Positions 48,475-57,326 of a DNA stretch of 64,000 nucleotides are shown here, in pieces. A model generated the notes under the pieces. The model ran no database searches. It saw only the letters and a list, made by a program, of their open reading frames with translations, and was not told the DNA's origin. Source of the DNA: an uncultured Candidatus Saccharibacteria bacterium (GTDB taxonomy: Bacteria > Patescibacteriota > Saccharimonadia > CAILAD01 > JADZBC01); contig CAZCAO010000001.1 of the NCBI GenBank assembly GCA_964496815.1, positions 83,198 through 147,197 on the forward strand. The letters are read 5' to 3'. A program made the translations under genes and the position numbers. The stretch's first letter is position 1; every line of letters starts with the position of its first letter.

Positions 48475-49509
48475 TCAATCCCAGCTCAGCGCGCCACCAG
48501 TTTGGTATTCGGTTACTCGCGTTTCGAAGAAGTTCTTCTCTTTGGTAAGGTCTACTGCCTCGCTCATCCATGGGAAGGGGTTTTTAACATTAAATTGCGG
48601 CTCAAGACCAACGGTCTGCAGGCGACGATCAGCAATATGCTCTATGTACTGCTTGAACCCAGCCGCATTCATCCCGAAAATACCACGAGGGAACACCTCC
48701 GCTGCGTAGGTATATTCAAGTCGGGCGGCATCTTTGACGAGATCTGTAATGTGCTTTTGGAATTCTGGCGTCCAAAGCTCGGGCTGTTCTTCTTTGATGG
48801 TATTAATCATATTAATCCCGAAGTTCAGATGTTGAGACTCGTCACGCATAATATACTGAATTTGTTCAGCTGACCCGGTCATCTTGTTCTGTCGCTGGAA
48901 GCCAAACATAACTGCAAAAGAGCTGTAGAAAAATATACCCTCCAAAATCAATGAGAACACACAGAGGTTTTCTAGGAACTTTTGATCCGATTCAAATGTA
49001 CCGGTCTTGAAGTCGTCATTAAAGATCCCTTCATTGAAGCTTAGTATAAACGAAGCCTTACTGTAAATCGCTGCATTCTCACGGTACATATTGAATATTT
49101 CGCCACCGTCTAACCCGAGACTTTCTACAATGTATTGGTAAGCATGCGTATGGATGGCTTCCTCGTAAGCTTGGCGCAGTAGATACATGCGGCACTCTGG
49201 CGACGTGATGTGCTTATACAGGGCGAGCACAATGTTATTGGCTGCGATCGAATCGGCTGTAGTGAAAAACCCAAGCACTGTTTTGAGAGCCTTGCGTTCA
49301 TCCTCGCTGAGGCGATTGGATTTCCATAGCTCAATGTCGTCTTGCATAGCTATTTCGGTTGGCAACCAATGGTTGGCGTTACCAGCGTTATACGCGTCCC
49401 AAGCAAAGGTGTGCTTCATGGGATGGAGTTGCATTACATCAGCGTCTTCGCCGTTAATTATGCGACGCTTATTGATGTCAATTCGTTCTTTGGTTTGTTT
49501 GATTGGCAT
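48475..49509 (-). CDS. nrdB: ribonucleotide reductase class I beta subunit
   Basis: Di-iron/tyrosyl-radical motifs EEAIHTHAYQYI and LEGIFFYSSFA. Adjacent to nrdA. Confidence 0.92.
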   Translation of the reverse strand: MPIKQTKERIDINKRRIINGEDADVMQLHPMKHTFAWDAYNAGNANHWLPTEIAMQDDIELWKSNRLSEDERKALKTVLGFFTTADSIAANNIVLALYKHITSPECRMYLLRQAYEEAIHTHAYQYIVESLGLDGGEIFNMYRENAAIYSKASFILSFNEGIFNDDFKTGTFESDQKFLENLCVFSLILEGIFFYSSFAVMFGFQRQNKMTGSAEQIQYIMRDESQHLNFGINMINTIKEEQPELWTPEFQKHITDLVKDAARLEYTYAAEVFPRGIFGMNAAGFKQYIEHIADRRLQTVGLEPQFNVKNPFPWMSEAVDLTKEKNFFETRVTEYQTGGALSWD

Positions 49510-49527
49510 GGTTTTGTCCTCGTTTCG

Positions 49528-52233
49528 TTAAGCTGTTTGTTTTGACGCAAAGTCGCGTTTGTGAGTGGCGCCGAACTCAGTCGTATTGACGGTAGATTTT
49601 TCAACCTGAGATGCAGCCAGAGTACGCAGATAGTAAGTTGTTTTAAGTCCCATCTTCCAGGCGTATACGTATGCGTCCGAAAGTTTCTTGCCCGATACGC
49701 CACGCATGAATATGTTCAGCGACTGACTCTGGTCGATCCATTTACCCCTGTAGGCGGCAGCCTTGATGAGCCACTCAGGTTCAATTTCGAATACTTCTTT
49801 GTATTTGGCGCGGATTTCAGCCGGAATTTCAGCTATCTGTTGAATACTGCCATCGTAGTATTTAATTTTATTCAACATTGCCTGATCCCAGAGACCACAG
49901 GCCTTAAGATCATCAATCAAGTAGCCGTTGAGGACGGTAAAGTCACCACTCATGTTTGATTTCACATACAGGTTCTTATAGATCGGCTCAATGCATGGTG
50001 TACAGCCGGCTACGTTGGCAATCGAAGCCGTTGGTGCAATTGCCATCACGTTTGAGTTGCGCATACCATACTTTTTGACTGAGTCGCGAACGGGCTTCCA
50101 GTCGAGTTTGCCTTTACGGCTGATGTCGAGCTTGATACCGCGTTCACGCTCGAGGATGTCAAGTGTGTCAACTGGAAAAATGTTGCGATCCCACTTGGAG
50201 CCCTTATACGTTTTGTAGGTGCCTCGTTCTTTGGCAAGTTCGCTCGATGCCAAAATAGCGTGGTAGGAAATCATTTCCATACTTTCGTCGGCAAAGGCTA
50301 CCGCTTCCTCAGAAGCGAAGTCGATATTCTGCATATAGAGAGCGTCTTGGTGGCCCATAATGCCGAGCCCAACTGGTCGGTGATTCATATTGGCGCGCTC
50401 GGTTTCCTTGGTGACGTAGTAGCAGATATCGATGACGTTATCGAGCATACGTACGGCGTTAGACACAGTATCACGCACGAGTTCGGCGTCGAGCTTGCCG
50501 TCCTTCATGTGGCGAGCTAAGTTGACGGACCCCAAGTTGCATACGGCGGTTTCATCCTTGGAGTTATTAAGGGTAATTTCGGTACACAGATTGGAGTTAT
50601 GAACGACGCCGACGTGGTCTTGAGGTGAGCGAAGGTTACTCGGATCTTTGAAGGTTATCCAGGGGTGACCAGTCTCAAACAACATAGAGAGCATTTTTCG
50701 CCACAGTCCTGCAGCCGATACGCGCTTGAACAGTTTAATTTCACCTTTGTCAGCTAGCTTTTCGTATTCCTTGTAGCGCTTCTCGAATGCCTTGCCGTAT
50801 ATATGGTGCAGGTCTGGTGTTTCATCTGGCGAGAATAGTGTCCATTCAGCATCCTCGAGTACGCGCTTCATAAACAAGTCTGGAATCCAGTTCGCAGTAT
50901 TGATGTCGTGCGTACGTCTACGCTCGTCACCAGTGTTTTTGCGTAGCTCCAAAAAGTCCTCGATGTCTAGGTGCCACGATTCCAAATACACGGCCGTGGC
51001 ACCAATGCGTCGTCCACTTCGAGCAATCGCTACTGTTGAGTCATTAGCAATTTTTAAGAAAGGCACCACGCCTTGGCTTGCTACATCGACCGTCTTAATT
51101 TGCGATCCAGTGGCACGAATGTTGGACCAGTCTGTTGCGATACCACCTGAAAATTTAGACATGAGCGCAGTATCCAGGTAGACCTTGTAGATATGCTTTA
51201 GATCATCTTCGACAGTATTGAGGAAGCACGAACTGAGCTGGGAAAAATTAGTACCTGAATTAAACAGGGTTGGGCTAGAGGTCACATACCGCAAGCTTGA
51301 GAGCACGTCATAGAATTTAATTGCCCAGTCGGTTTTGTCCTTCTTTTCTAGAATGGCCATGCCCATAGCGACACGCATCCAGAAGTACTGCGGCAGCTCA
51401 AGTACGTCTTTGCGCTCTGCAGTGCGCAAAAAGTAATTGCCATAGAGGACATGAAGTCCCATGTAGTCGAGCAGGTTGTCGCGATCTAGTTGGAGGGCTG
51501 CGCCTAATTTTTCGAGGTCGAAATCGAGCATACGTTTATCAAGTCGCCTGGTAGCTACGGCGTTCTTTACGAAGTCAGTAAACTGGGCGCGATATTGCTC
51601 TCGTGCATCCTGGCCCTTTTTGATCGTTAGTACTTCGCGGTAGAGTTTGCGCATCAGCAGGCGAGAGGCGAGCAGGGAATAAGCCTTGTCTCGCTCTATA
51701 TACGCCTTGGTGGCCATAATCATGGCGTCTTCAAGTTCAGCTGTTGTCATACCGTCATAGAGGTTCGTTTTGACGGCTTGAGCCAGCTCATCCACATCAA
51801 CGTCCTTATCTAGCCCATCAGCGGCAATGAGTAGATCTTTCACCAATCGTGCATAGCTAAACATATTTTCGCTACCATCTTTGCTAATGATGCGGAGTTC
51901 ACTGTGCTCGAGTTTGTGGGAACTATCTCGCTCCGCAGCTTCGCGCGCTGCTTGTCGGGTATCGCGATAAACGATATAGGTACGGGCAGTTTGATAATGC
52001 CCGCTGCGCATGAGTTCTTGTTCGACCAGGTCTTGAATCGTCTCCACGTCTGGCAGGTCGTCCGCAAACATAGTTTCTAGATTGGATACTACCGTTTCTG
52101 CCAAGAGCGCGACGTCCTCACTCGGTACTTCGCCGCCGGCGGCTTGACTGGCTTTGCCAATGGCGACTTCTATTCTGGTGGCGTCGAATTCTACAACCGA
52201 CCCATTGCGTTTTTTTATTTGCGAAAAACTCAT
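49528..52233 (-). CDS. nrdA: ribonucleotide reductase class I alpha subunit with N-terminal ATP-cone(s)
   Basis: ATG 52233 follows aggagggtg. ATP-cone IKKRNGSVVEFDATRI. NLCTEI active-site motif. Confidence 0.93.
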   Translation of the reverse strand: MSFSQIKKRNGSVVEFDATRIEVAIGKASQAAGGEVPSEDVALLAETVVSNLETMFADDLPDVETIQDLVEQELMRSGHYQTARTYIVYRDTRQAAREAAERDSSHKLEHSELRIISKDGSENMFSYARLVKDLLIAADGLDKDVDVDELAQAVKTNLYDGMTTAELEDAMIMATKAYIERDKAYSLLASRLLMRKLYREVLTIKKGQDAREQYRAQFTDFVKNAVATRRLDKRMLDFDLEKLGAALQLDRDNLLDYMGLHVLYGNYFLRTAERKDVLELPQYFWMRVAMGMAILEKKDKTDWAIKFYDVLSSLRYVTSSPTLFNSGTNFSQLSSCFLNTVEDDLKHIYKVYLDTALMSKFSGGIATDWSNIRATGSQIKTVDVASQGVVPFLKIANDSTVAIARSGRRIGATAVYLESWHLDIEDFLELRKNTGDERRRTHDINTANWIPDLFMKRVLEDAEWTLFSPDETPDLHHIYGKAFEKRYKEYEKLADKGEIKLFKRVSAAGLWRKMLSMLFETGHPWITFKDPSNLRSPQDHVGVVHNSNLCTEITLNNSKDETAVCNLGSVNLARHMKDGKLDAELVRDTVSNAVRMLDNVIDICYYVTKETERANMNHRPVGLGIMGHQDALYMQNIDFASEEAVAFADESMEMISYHAILASSELAKERGTYKTYKGSKWDRNIFPVDTLDILERERGIKLDISRKGKLDWKPVRDSVKKYGMRNSNVMAIAPTASIANVAGCTPCIEPIYKNLYVKSNMSGDFTVLNGYLIDDLKACGLWDQAMLNKIKYYDGSIQQIAEIPAEIRAKYKEVFEIEPEWLIKAAAYRGKWIDQSQSLNIFMRGVSGKKLSDAYVYAWKMGLKTTYYLRTLAASQVEKSTVNTTEFGATHKRDFASKQTA

Positions 52234-52268
52234 TCTCACCCTCCTAAATATTTGTGTTGTTATGATAA

Positions 52269-52314
52269 ACACTATATATAGTGGTTACGTTCGCGTCAAC
52301 ACCACCACACGTGT
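52269..52314. promoter_or_regulatory. candidate tandem NrdR boxes upstream of nrdA
   Basis: acactatatatagtgg (52269-52284) and acaccaccacacgtgt (52299-52314), starts 30 nt apart, 35-80 nt upstream of the nrdA start. Confidence 0.35.
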
Positions 52315-52442
52315 TTTTTCGTTAGAAATCCTTGCACACACATTACTTACGAACATCATACGAATATTCATGCACCTTCGTCAATACCAAATTGAGTTTT
52401 TTATCGAAAAGTGCTAATATTGTCAGGTTATTTTGGCATCAC

Positions 52443-52517
52443 GGTCCCATCGTCTAGCGGTTAGGACGCCAGGTTCTCATCCTGGTAACCGGGGTTCGAT
52501 TCCCCGTGGGATCACCA
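52443..52517 (+). tRNA. tRNA-Glu (anticodon CTC), CCA encoded
   Basis: GGTCCCA-TC-GTCT-AGCGGTTA-GGAC..CCAGG-TTCTCAT-CCTGG..CGGGG-TTCGATT-CCCCG-TGGGATC-A-CCA. Confidence 0.93.
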
Positions 52518-52519
52518 AG

Positions 52520-52560
52520 CATAAGCATTATCAACGAAGACTCCGAAAGGGGTCTTTTGT
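52520..52560 (+). repeat. direct repeat DR-1 (41 nt) abutting tRNA-Glu, contains a terminator hairpin
   Basis: cataagcattatcaacgaagactccgaaaggggtcttttgt. Matches 54518-54560 with 1 mismatch and 1 indel. Confidence 0.9.
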
Positions 52561-52574
52561 GTTAGGATTGGGCT

Positions 52575-53045
52575 ATGTTTATATATACTTTTGCTAGCTT
52601 CCCGGACAAAGAAAGACTGCACGACATTTCCAAGGAAGTGTTTGTGTTCTCTAATCAGCTGCGTAGTGACATGGAAGAGCTTAAGCAGGGACTCATAGAG
52701 AAGGCTCCGGAGCATATCATTGGTATCGCAAAGTCTAGGGGAACGAGCAGATACGAACCCGTAGCTGTAAACAAGTTTCACCATGGGACTGTGATTAAAG
52801 GCGGGCCAGACGTTCTTCACCTGACTGTTCCCAACGAACGAGTGGGTGGCCTGGTTACTTCACGAAGGTCCTCACGAACGTTTTGCAACTGGACCGCGTA
52901 TCACGTGCAGACGTTTATATCCAGCGAGTTGCCCGACACAACATTCAGCTTCGTTCATCTTAACCCAAGAGACACAGGCGCTTTTGTGAGGAATATTTTG
53001 CAGCAGAAGTCCGGCTGGGAACATTGTGGTAATATCAATCCATGA
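52575..53045 (+). CDS. hypothetical protein, possibly pyroglutamyl-peptidase (C15)-like
   Basis: SRTFCNWTAY and FSFVHLNP resemble the Cys and His motifs of C15 peptidases. Short (156 aa), so the call is tentative. Confidence 0.4.
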   Translation: MFIYTFASFPDKERLHDISKEVFVFSNQLRSDMEELKQGLIEKAPEHIIGIAKSRGTSRYEPVAVNKFHHGTVIKGGPDVLHLTVPNERVGGLVTSRRSSRTFCNWTAYHVQTFISSELPDTTFSFVHLNPRDTGAFVRNILQQKSGWEHCGNINP

Positions 53046-53677
53046 AACTACTACTTACATCTGCCGGCATAAGGAACCAAGACTTAGCCAACGCACTAGC
53101 TGAATTGGTTGGAAGACCTGCTACAGAGACAAAAGTGGGGCTCATACCCACTGCAGAGAACGTAGAGCAGGGAAGCAAAGACTTCTTACTAAGTCAGTAC
53201 GATAGTCTTAGAAGCCATGGCTACAACTGGATAGACATCATTGACCCATCTGCAGAAGGGACCAACTGGAAAGGCAGGCTTGAGGCGGTAGACACTATTT
53301 TTGTTAGTGGAGGTAATACTTTTCACCTGCTTAACGAGGTTCGTAGAACTGGTTTTGGAGAATGGCTGAAGTGTAATATACAGTATAAGGTATACGTTGG
53401 GGTTAGCGCGGGCTCGATTATTGTTACTCCCAGCATTGCCGTTGCGTCCATCGACGACGGTGACGAGAACACAGTTGGCCTAACTGACTTAACTGGTCTT
53501 GGACTTGTTGATTTCGAGGTCTCGCCGCATTCGCCTGAATGGGTCAGCTACGAGGCAAATGAAGTGTATGCAAAAAGCATTACTAACAGGCTCCACCTAA
53601 TAGACGACGAAACGGGTCTCGTGATTGTCGATGCGTCTATTACGGTAGTCGGGCAGGGGAAGCACAAGGTTATCTAG
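53042..53677 (+). CDS. peptidase S51 (dipeptidase E family)
   Basis: GGNTFHLL and GVSAGSII (nucleophile Ser) motifs. Confidence 0.75.
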   Translation: MKLLLTSAGIRNQDLANALAELVGRPATETKVGLIPTAENVEQGSKDFLLSQYDSLRSHGYNWIDIIDPSAEGTNWKGRLEAVDTIFVSGGNTFHLLNEVRRTGFGEWLKCNIQYKVYVGVSAGSIIVTPSIAVASIDDGDENTVGLTDLTGLGLVDFEVSPHSPEWVSYEANEVYAKSITNRLHLIDDETGLVIVDASITVVGQGKHKVI

Positions 53678-53688
53678 CAAGCTTTGCC

Positions 53689-54420
53689 TTAGAGACTCTT
53701 TGCATATTCGTAAAACACATAGTCGTCTGCGTGTAACTGCTCAAACTTCTTGATAAACTCGTCGCTCAATTCAGGTAGTATCTCAGTATCGAAGTGGTTG
53801 AGAATGGGGGCATGCTTATCTTGAGTTATAAGGTCAGTTTTTCTCGCGAACGCAGACAGTTTCTCTGTAGTCCCTATCGCTTCGTATATAGAGGGGTCAG
53901 TACCCGTGGCTTGAGTCTGGTAATTAGCTAATGCTGGTAATAGAGCAAACTCCTCGAAAGTCATCTTCGCATCATAGGGCGGAGCGAATCGATGGCCCAC
54001 ATCCCCCTTGTGTCCCCTCCAATAGCGATAGTGGGACCACATTCTATCTAATGGCTCTCTGACAATCGTTCTATACTGGTGCTCAGCCACAGGTAAGTAT
54101 GGAATCATTTGAGCCGTCGCAACATGGCCGATGACTACTTTCATTTTCTTGAGGTCTTCAGGAGATATAGCTTGCTTTCGCCGCCGATTATTACGTCTCG
54201 TAACTAACATCCGCTTTATATTGGGTAGCCATGTCGTAATGGCTTTATATAGCTTTAACTGCCAGTTCTTTGTGTAATTGGCTGTGTGGATACTGTATGG
54301 AGCAAAGATTCCGTCTCTGATAAGAAAATGCGCCATATGAGAGCCGCCATACTTATCTTCATATAGCTTCTGCAGTGTGACCCCACCAGTCTTTTCAACG
54401 TGTATGTGTACTATTGTCAT
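53689..54420 (-). CDS. sulfotransferase-family protein
   Basis: N-terminal HIHVEKTGGVT (PAPS 5'-phosphosulfate loop type). Confidence 0.6.
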   Translation of the reverse strand: MTIVHIHVEKTGGVTLQKLYEDKYGGSHMAHFLIRDGIFAPYSIHTANYTKNWQLKLYKAITTWLPNIKRMLVTRRNNRRRKQAISPEDLKKMKVVIGHVATAQMIPYLPVAEHQYRTIVREPLDRMWSHYRYWRGHKGDVGHRFAPPYDAKMTFEEFALLPALANYQTQATGTDPSIYEAIGTTEKLSAFARKTDLITQDKHAPILNHFDTEILPELSDEFIKKFEQLHADDYVFYEYAKSL

Positions 54421-54517
54421 AGAAGCTCATTTTACCCCAAAGCCTATTTCTTGTCCCCACCAACTCATCATCTCGCTGAGCAGAGTGTTCCAATTCGATA
54501 TCGTATGGTTCATCAAT

Positions 54518-54560
54518 CATAAGCATTATCAACGAAGACTCCGAAAGGAGTCTTTTTGTA
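54518..54560 (+). repeat. direct repeat DR-2 (copy of 52520-52560)
   Basis: cataagcattatcaacgaagactccgaaaggagtctttttgt. Confidence 0.9.
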
Positions 54561-54624
54561 TTTCAGCTTTAAAATTTCTAGATTGGGGTATAATTGATCT
54601 GTCCTCGGTTCGTCTATCAAGGGA

Positions 54625-54846
54625 ATGAACATCGTGAGTCCAGGATTAGTTGCGGTCTATGTTCTGCTGGGGATAACGGCTGCGTGTCTCCTCGTCGCCC
54701 TCTTCACCTACAAGACCAACTTCTGGCGGGGATGGTTCAATCCATGGACTCATCGTCCGTGGTACAAGCTCGGGCTTCTCCCACTGGTTCCCGCCTTCTT
54801 TACCTTCCTCTACCACGTCAGCGGCCTCCAAGTCTGGCTCAAGTAG
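54625..54846 (+). CDS. small membrane protein (73 aa, 2 TM segments)
   Basis: Two hydrophobic helices. TATAAT about 35 nt upstream. Moderately GC-rich. Confidence 0.5.
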   Translation: MNIVSPGLVAVYVLLGITAACLLVALFTYKTNFWRGWFNPWTHRPWYKLGLLPLVPAFFTFLYHVSGLQVWLK

Positions 54847-54959
54847 GGGGCTCGAGGGAGCATTGGGCGATTGAGGCCGTCAAAAATGCGGAGGGGTGAA
54901 GTGGCAACAGGGCCCACCCCAGAGCGACTTGAGAAATATCTCGAGTCGCTTATTTCGTT

Positions 54960-55376
54960 CTAGAACTTGAAGAAGATGTATGGTTTACGCATAAACACAG
55001 TCCCATGATGTTCTTTGGGACTCGTCTTGATAAGGTGAGTGTGCTGATGGGGCACAGAGCGCATAGTACTGTTCACTCCTCGCGCATAGACGTTATAGCC
55101 CTTTGCTTCATACTCCGCGAATATCTTCATCAGGTCAGCAGCCTCATTAGCTGTTAGCTCCGAAAGCTTAAGGACATGACGTTTAGGCAGAACTAATAAG
55201 TGATCCTTCACATCACGAGCTTCCCATAAATCGTACGAGGTCTTGTTTGGTACAATGTAGGCGTGATCTGTCTCGATAAACTTACGTTTTTTCAGCTCTT
55301 CAACATTGCAGAACGGACACGAGGCAGGGCGAAGATGTTTTTTATACTCTTTGCGGGTCTTGGGGTAGTGGAACAT
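54960..55376 (-). CDS. HIT-family nucleotide hydrolase/transferase
   Basis: HQHTHL histidine-triad motif. ATG 55376 lies 6 nt after a TATAAT (55383-55388, minus strand). The ORF-track GTG 55391 overlaps that box. Confidence 0.75.
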   Translation of the reverse strand: MFHYPKTRKEYKKHLRPASCPFCNVEELKKRKFIETDHAYIVPNKTSYDLWEARDVKDHLLVLPKRHVLKLSELTANEAADLMKIFAEYEAKGYNVYARGVNSTMRSVPHQHTHLIKTSPKEHHGTVFMRKPYIFFKF

Positions 55377-55483
55377 AGGGCAATTATACACGAGTTTGCT
55401 GCTCAGCGTTGTGCTGATTGCTCTATCTCTTAGCGAGGTATTTCTTCGGTCATCATTTCTTAGTATTGTGATACTATCTATTC

Positions 55484-56512
55484 ATGCAAGACCCTACGCC
55501 ACGCCTGAATACCAGTTCCGAACAAAATGTCATTCCACTGGCGAACCAGGTAGAAATTCGCAATTCCTTAAGCGAACACGTTGAGTGTGTGATCGAGCCT
55601 GGCGTGACACGGTATTGGGACGAGTTTCGCGTTCATGCTGAGCCGCATACTATAGCAATAGACGGTTATGTCGAAGGGCCGATTCAGCGTGATTTGCAGC
55701 GCAAGGTTATAAATCTAAACCATCACGAACGAGTTGATCGTTCATCTACGCTTGCAACCTGTCAGCAGGCACTTTTTGAGATCCGTCGCGGCTTATTTGG
55801 CGCACTGCAGCAAGACGGTGAATTTAAGGCAAAAATATGCATGAATGATTGTGATGAAGATGTCTGCACCACAGTGTTCATCCTGCGGCACCCTGAATTC
55901 TCGGCCAAGATAGACAACCCAGCTTTGAACCGATTAGTCGAAATGGAAGGGATTATGGACGTAACCGGTGGGTTCTATCCATGGCCCCAGAGCTACCCAA
56001 GCCTGGCGGAATTCTTCTGGGTATACCAGCCATACCATGAGTTCCGTAATTCTGGCGGATTGAGCCGACAAAACCCAGACGAATATCAGGCGGTTATAGA
56101 CGCGGTGGGCGAACGAATTGAGCAGCATATTACCGGCCAAGGCGGGTCTATCGAGCTCGATACACGCTACACTAAGCTCGCGCAGCAAGGTATATGGACA
56201 ATGGTAGAAGAAACCGGTCAGCACGCAAAAGTCGGTATGTTATCAGATGGTATACAGGCATTTACGAGCGTAAGCGAACTACCGAATGGCCGATACAAAT
56301 ATAGCGTTGGCAGGCTCTCTCCCTACATTCCTTTTGACCTGAATAGCCTGTATGCTTACCTTAATGACCTCGAGGGCCTTACCGGCGAAGATTGCTGGGG
56401 TGGGGGAGACACCATTGGTGGCAGCCCACGCAATGCCGGTAGCTCTATTGCCCCGTCACAAATGGCAGAGATTGTGCAGCGTTTCATTACTCCGAATAGA
56501 CCCATGAACTAG
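55484..56512 (+). CDS. hypothetical protein (342 aa)
   Basis: Long ORF with backbone-like composition. No motif I can assign. Confidence 0.6.
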   Translation: MQDPTPRLNTSSEQNVIPLANQVEIRNSLSEHVECVIEPGVTRYWDEFRVHAEPHTIAIDGYVEGPIQRDLQRKVINLNHHERVDRSSTLATCQQALFEIRRGLFGALQQDGEFKAKICMNDCDEDVCTTVFILRHPEFSAKIDNPALNRLVEMEGIMDVTGGFYPWPQSYPSLAEFFWVYQPYHEFRNSGGLSRQNPDEYQAVIDAVGERIEQHITGQGGSIELDTRYTKLAQQGIWTMVEETGQHAKVGMLSDGIQAFTSVSELPNGRYKYSVGRLSPYIPFDLNSLYAYLNDLEGLTGEDCWGGGDTIGGSPRNAGSSIAPSQMAEIVQRFITPNRPMN

Positions 56513-56590
56513 CGATGTAGCAGTACTAGTCCGAAGTCATTGTTGTACCGACCCATATGAATGTGGGCGAGGTGAGGGCAAATTAAATAC

Positions 56591-56630
56591 AAACGAATCC
56601 CCTGGCGGAGATTCGCCAGGGGCATTACAT
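56591..56630 (+). repeat. hairpin repeat B-1
   Basis: aaacgaatcccctggcggagattcgccaggggcattacat. 37 nt identical to 57269-57305. 10-bp stem cccctggcga/tcgccagggg. Confidence 0.9.
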
Positions 56631-56667
56631 GCCTACCTATATATCGCCCCAATAGACCTATGATTGC

Positions 56668-56696
56668 TTGAATATCATACTTTTTTATGTTAATAT
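56668..56696 (+). promoter_or_regulatory. promoter TTGAAT-17-TAATAT driving the GC-rich ORF
   Basis: TTGAAT at 56668-56673, TAATAT at 56691-56696, 20 nt before ATG 56717. No SD sequence. Confidence 0.5.
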
Positions 56697-56716
56697 AATA
56701 CAGTTTAAAACCGACT

Positions 56717-57199
56717 ATGATTCTGGAAAGGATCATTTTGACCACAGCAACCACGGCGCCCCACAAGGCGCCTGAACTGTCCATCGACTACAACGCCCTC
56801 GCCCTTGGCCTGAGGGTCATCAGCTCCAGCATGAGCGCAAACAATAAGGCTGCGGCTTTTCGGATCATCACAGAGAACTTCCGAGATCAGACTTGGGGGA
56901 CTTACACGTCGGGCGTGGTCGACATCCTGCTGAAGATCCTCGCGATGATCGATTCCAACGGGGACCGGATGGTGCCTCATGCAGCGGCGCGATTCATCGT
57001 CGAAGGCATGCAGCGCAGCATGCTGGAGGTGTTGAGGGAGGCATTCGTAGCCTCCCAAGACGAGGGGCATCAGCGCAAGCTGGTCCCACATCCTGGCGTG
57101 TACGGACTCGAAGCCTTTCTGGCATGCGAACTCGGGTTCATCGTGGCGGATGCCACGTACCACTTCGACGACGAGCCTCTCGCAAGCCAGCCGGCCTAG
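56717..57199 (+). CDS. GC-rich hypothetical protein (160 aa)
   Basis: Strong GC3 bias from about codon 12 onward. The first ~36 nt have backbone-like composition. The antisense 168-aa ORF is judged spurious. Confidence 0.6.
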   Translation: MILERIILTTATTAPHKAPELSIDYNALALGLRVISSSMSANNKAAAFRIITENFRDQTWGTYTSGVVDILLKILAMIDSNGDRMVPHAAARFIVEGMQRSMLEVLREAFVASQDEGHQRKLVPHPGVYGLEAFLACELGFIVADATYHFDDEPLASQPA

Positions 57200-57231
57200 C
57201 CGGCACCACACCTCTTCGGGGGCGGGACATT

Positions 57232-57264
57232 AGCACCTGCCTGCGGGGAGGTGCTTTTGTTTTA
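57232..57264 (+). terminator. intrinsic terminator
   Basis: agcacct-(10 nt)-aggtgct followed by tttgtttt. Confidence 0.7.
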
Positions 57265-57268
57265 CAGA

Positions 57269-57308
57269 AAACGAATCCCCTGGCGGAGATTCGCCAGGGG
57301 CATTATAT
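57269..57308 (+). repeat. hairpin repeat B-2
   Basis: aaacgaatcccctggcggagattcgccaggggcattatat. Copy of 56591-56630. Confidence 0.9.
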
Positions 57309-57326
57309 ATGAACCCTTATATCAAC

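Noticed and set aside
56705-57312. 168-aa minus-strand ORF and 139-aa + strand ORF overlapping the 160-aa GC-rich CDS
   Set aside because: The same GC-rich open-frame artefact applies. The chosen frame has the GC3 bias, an upstream promoter and a downstream terminator.
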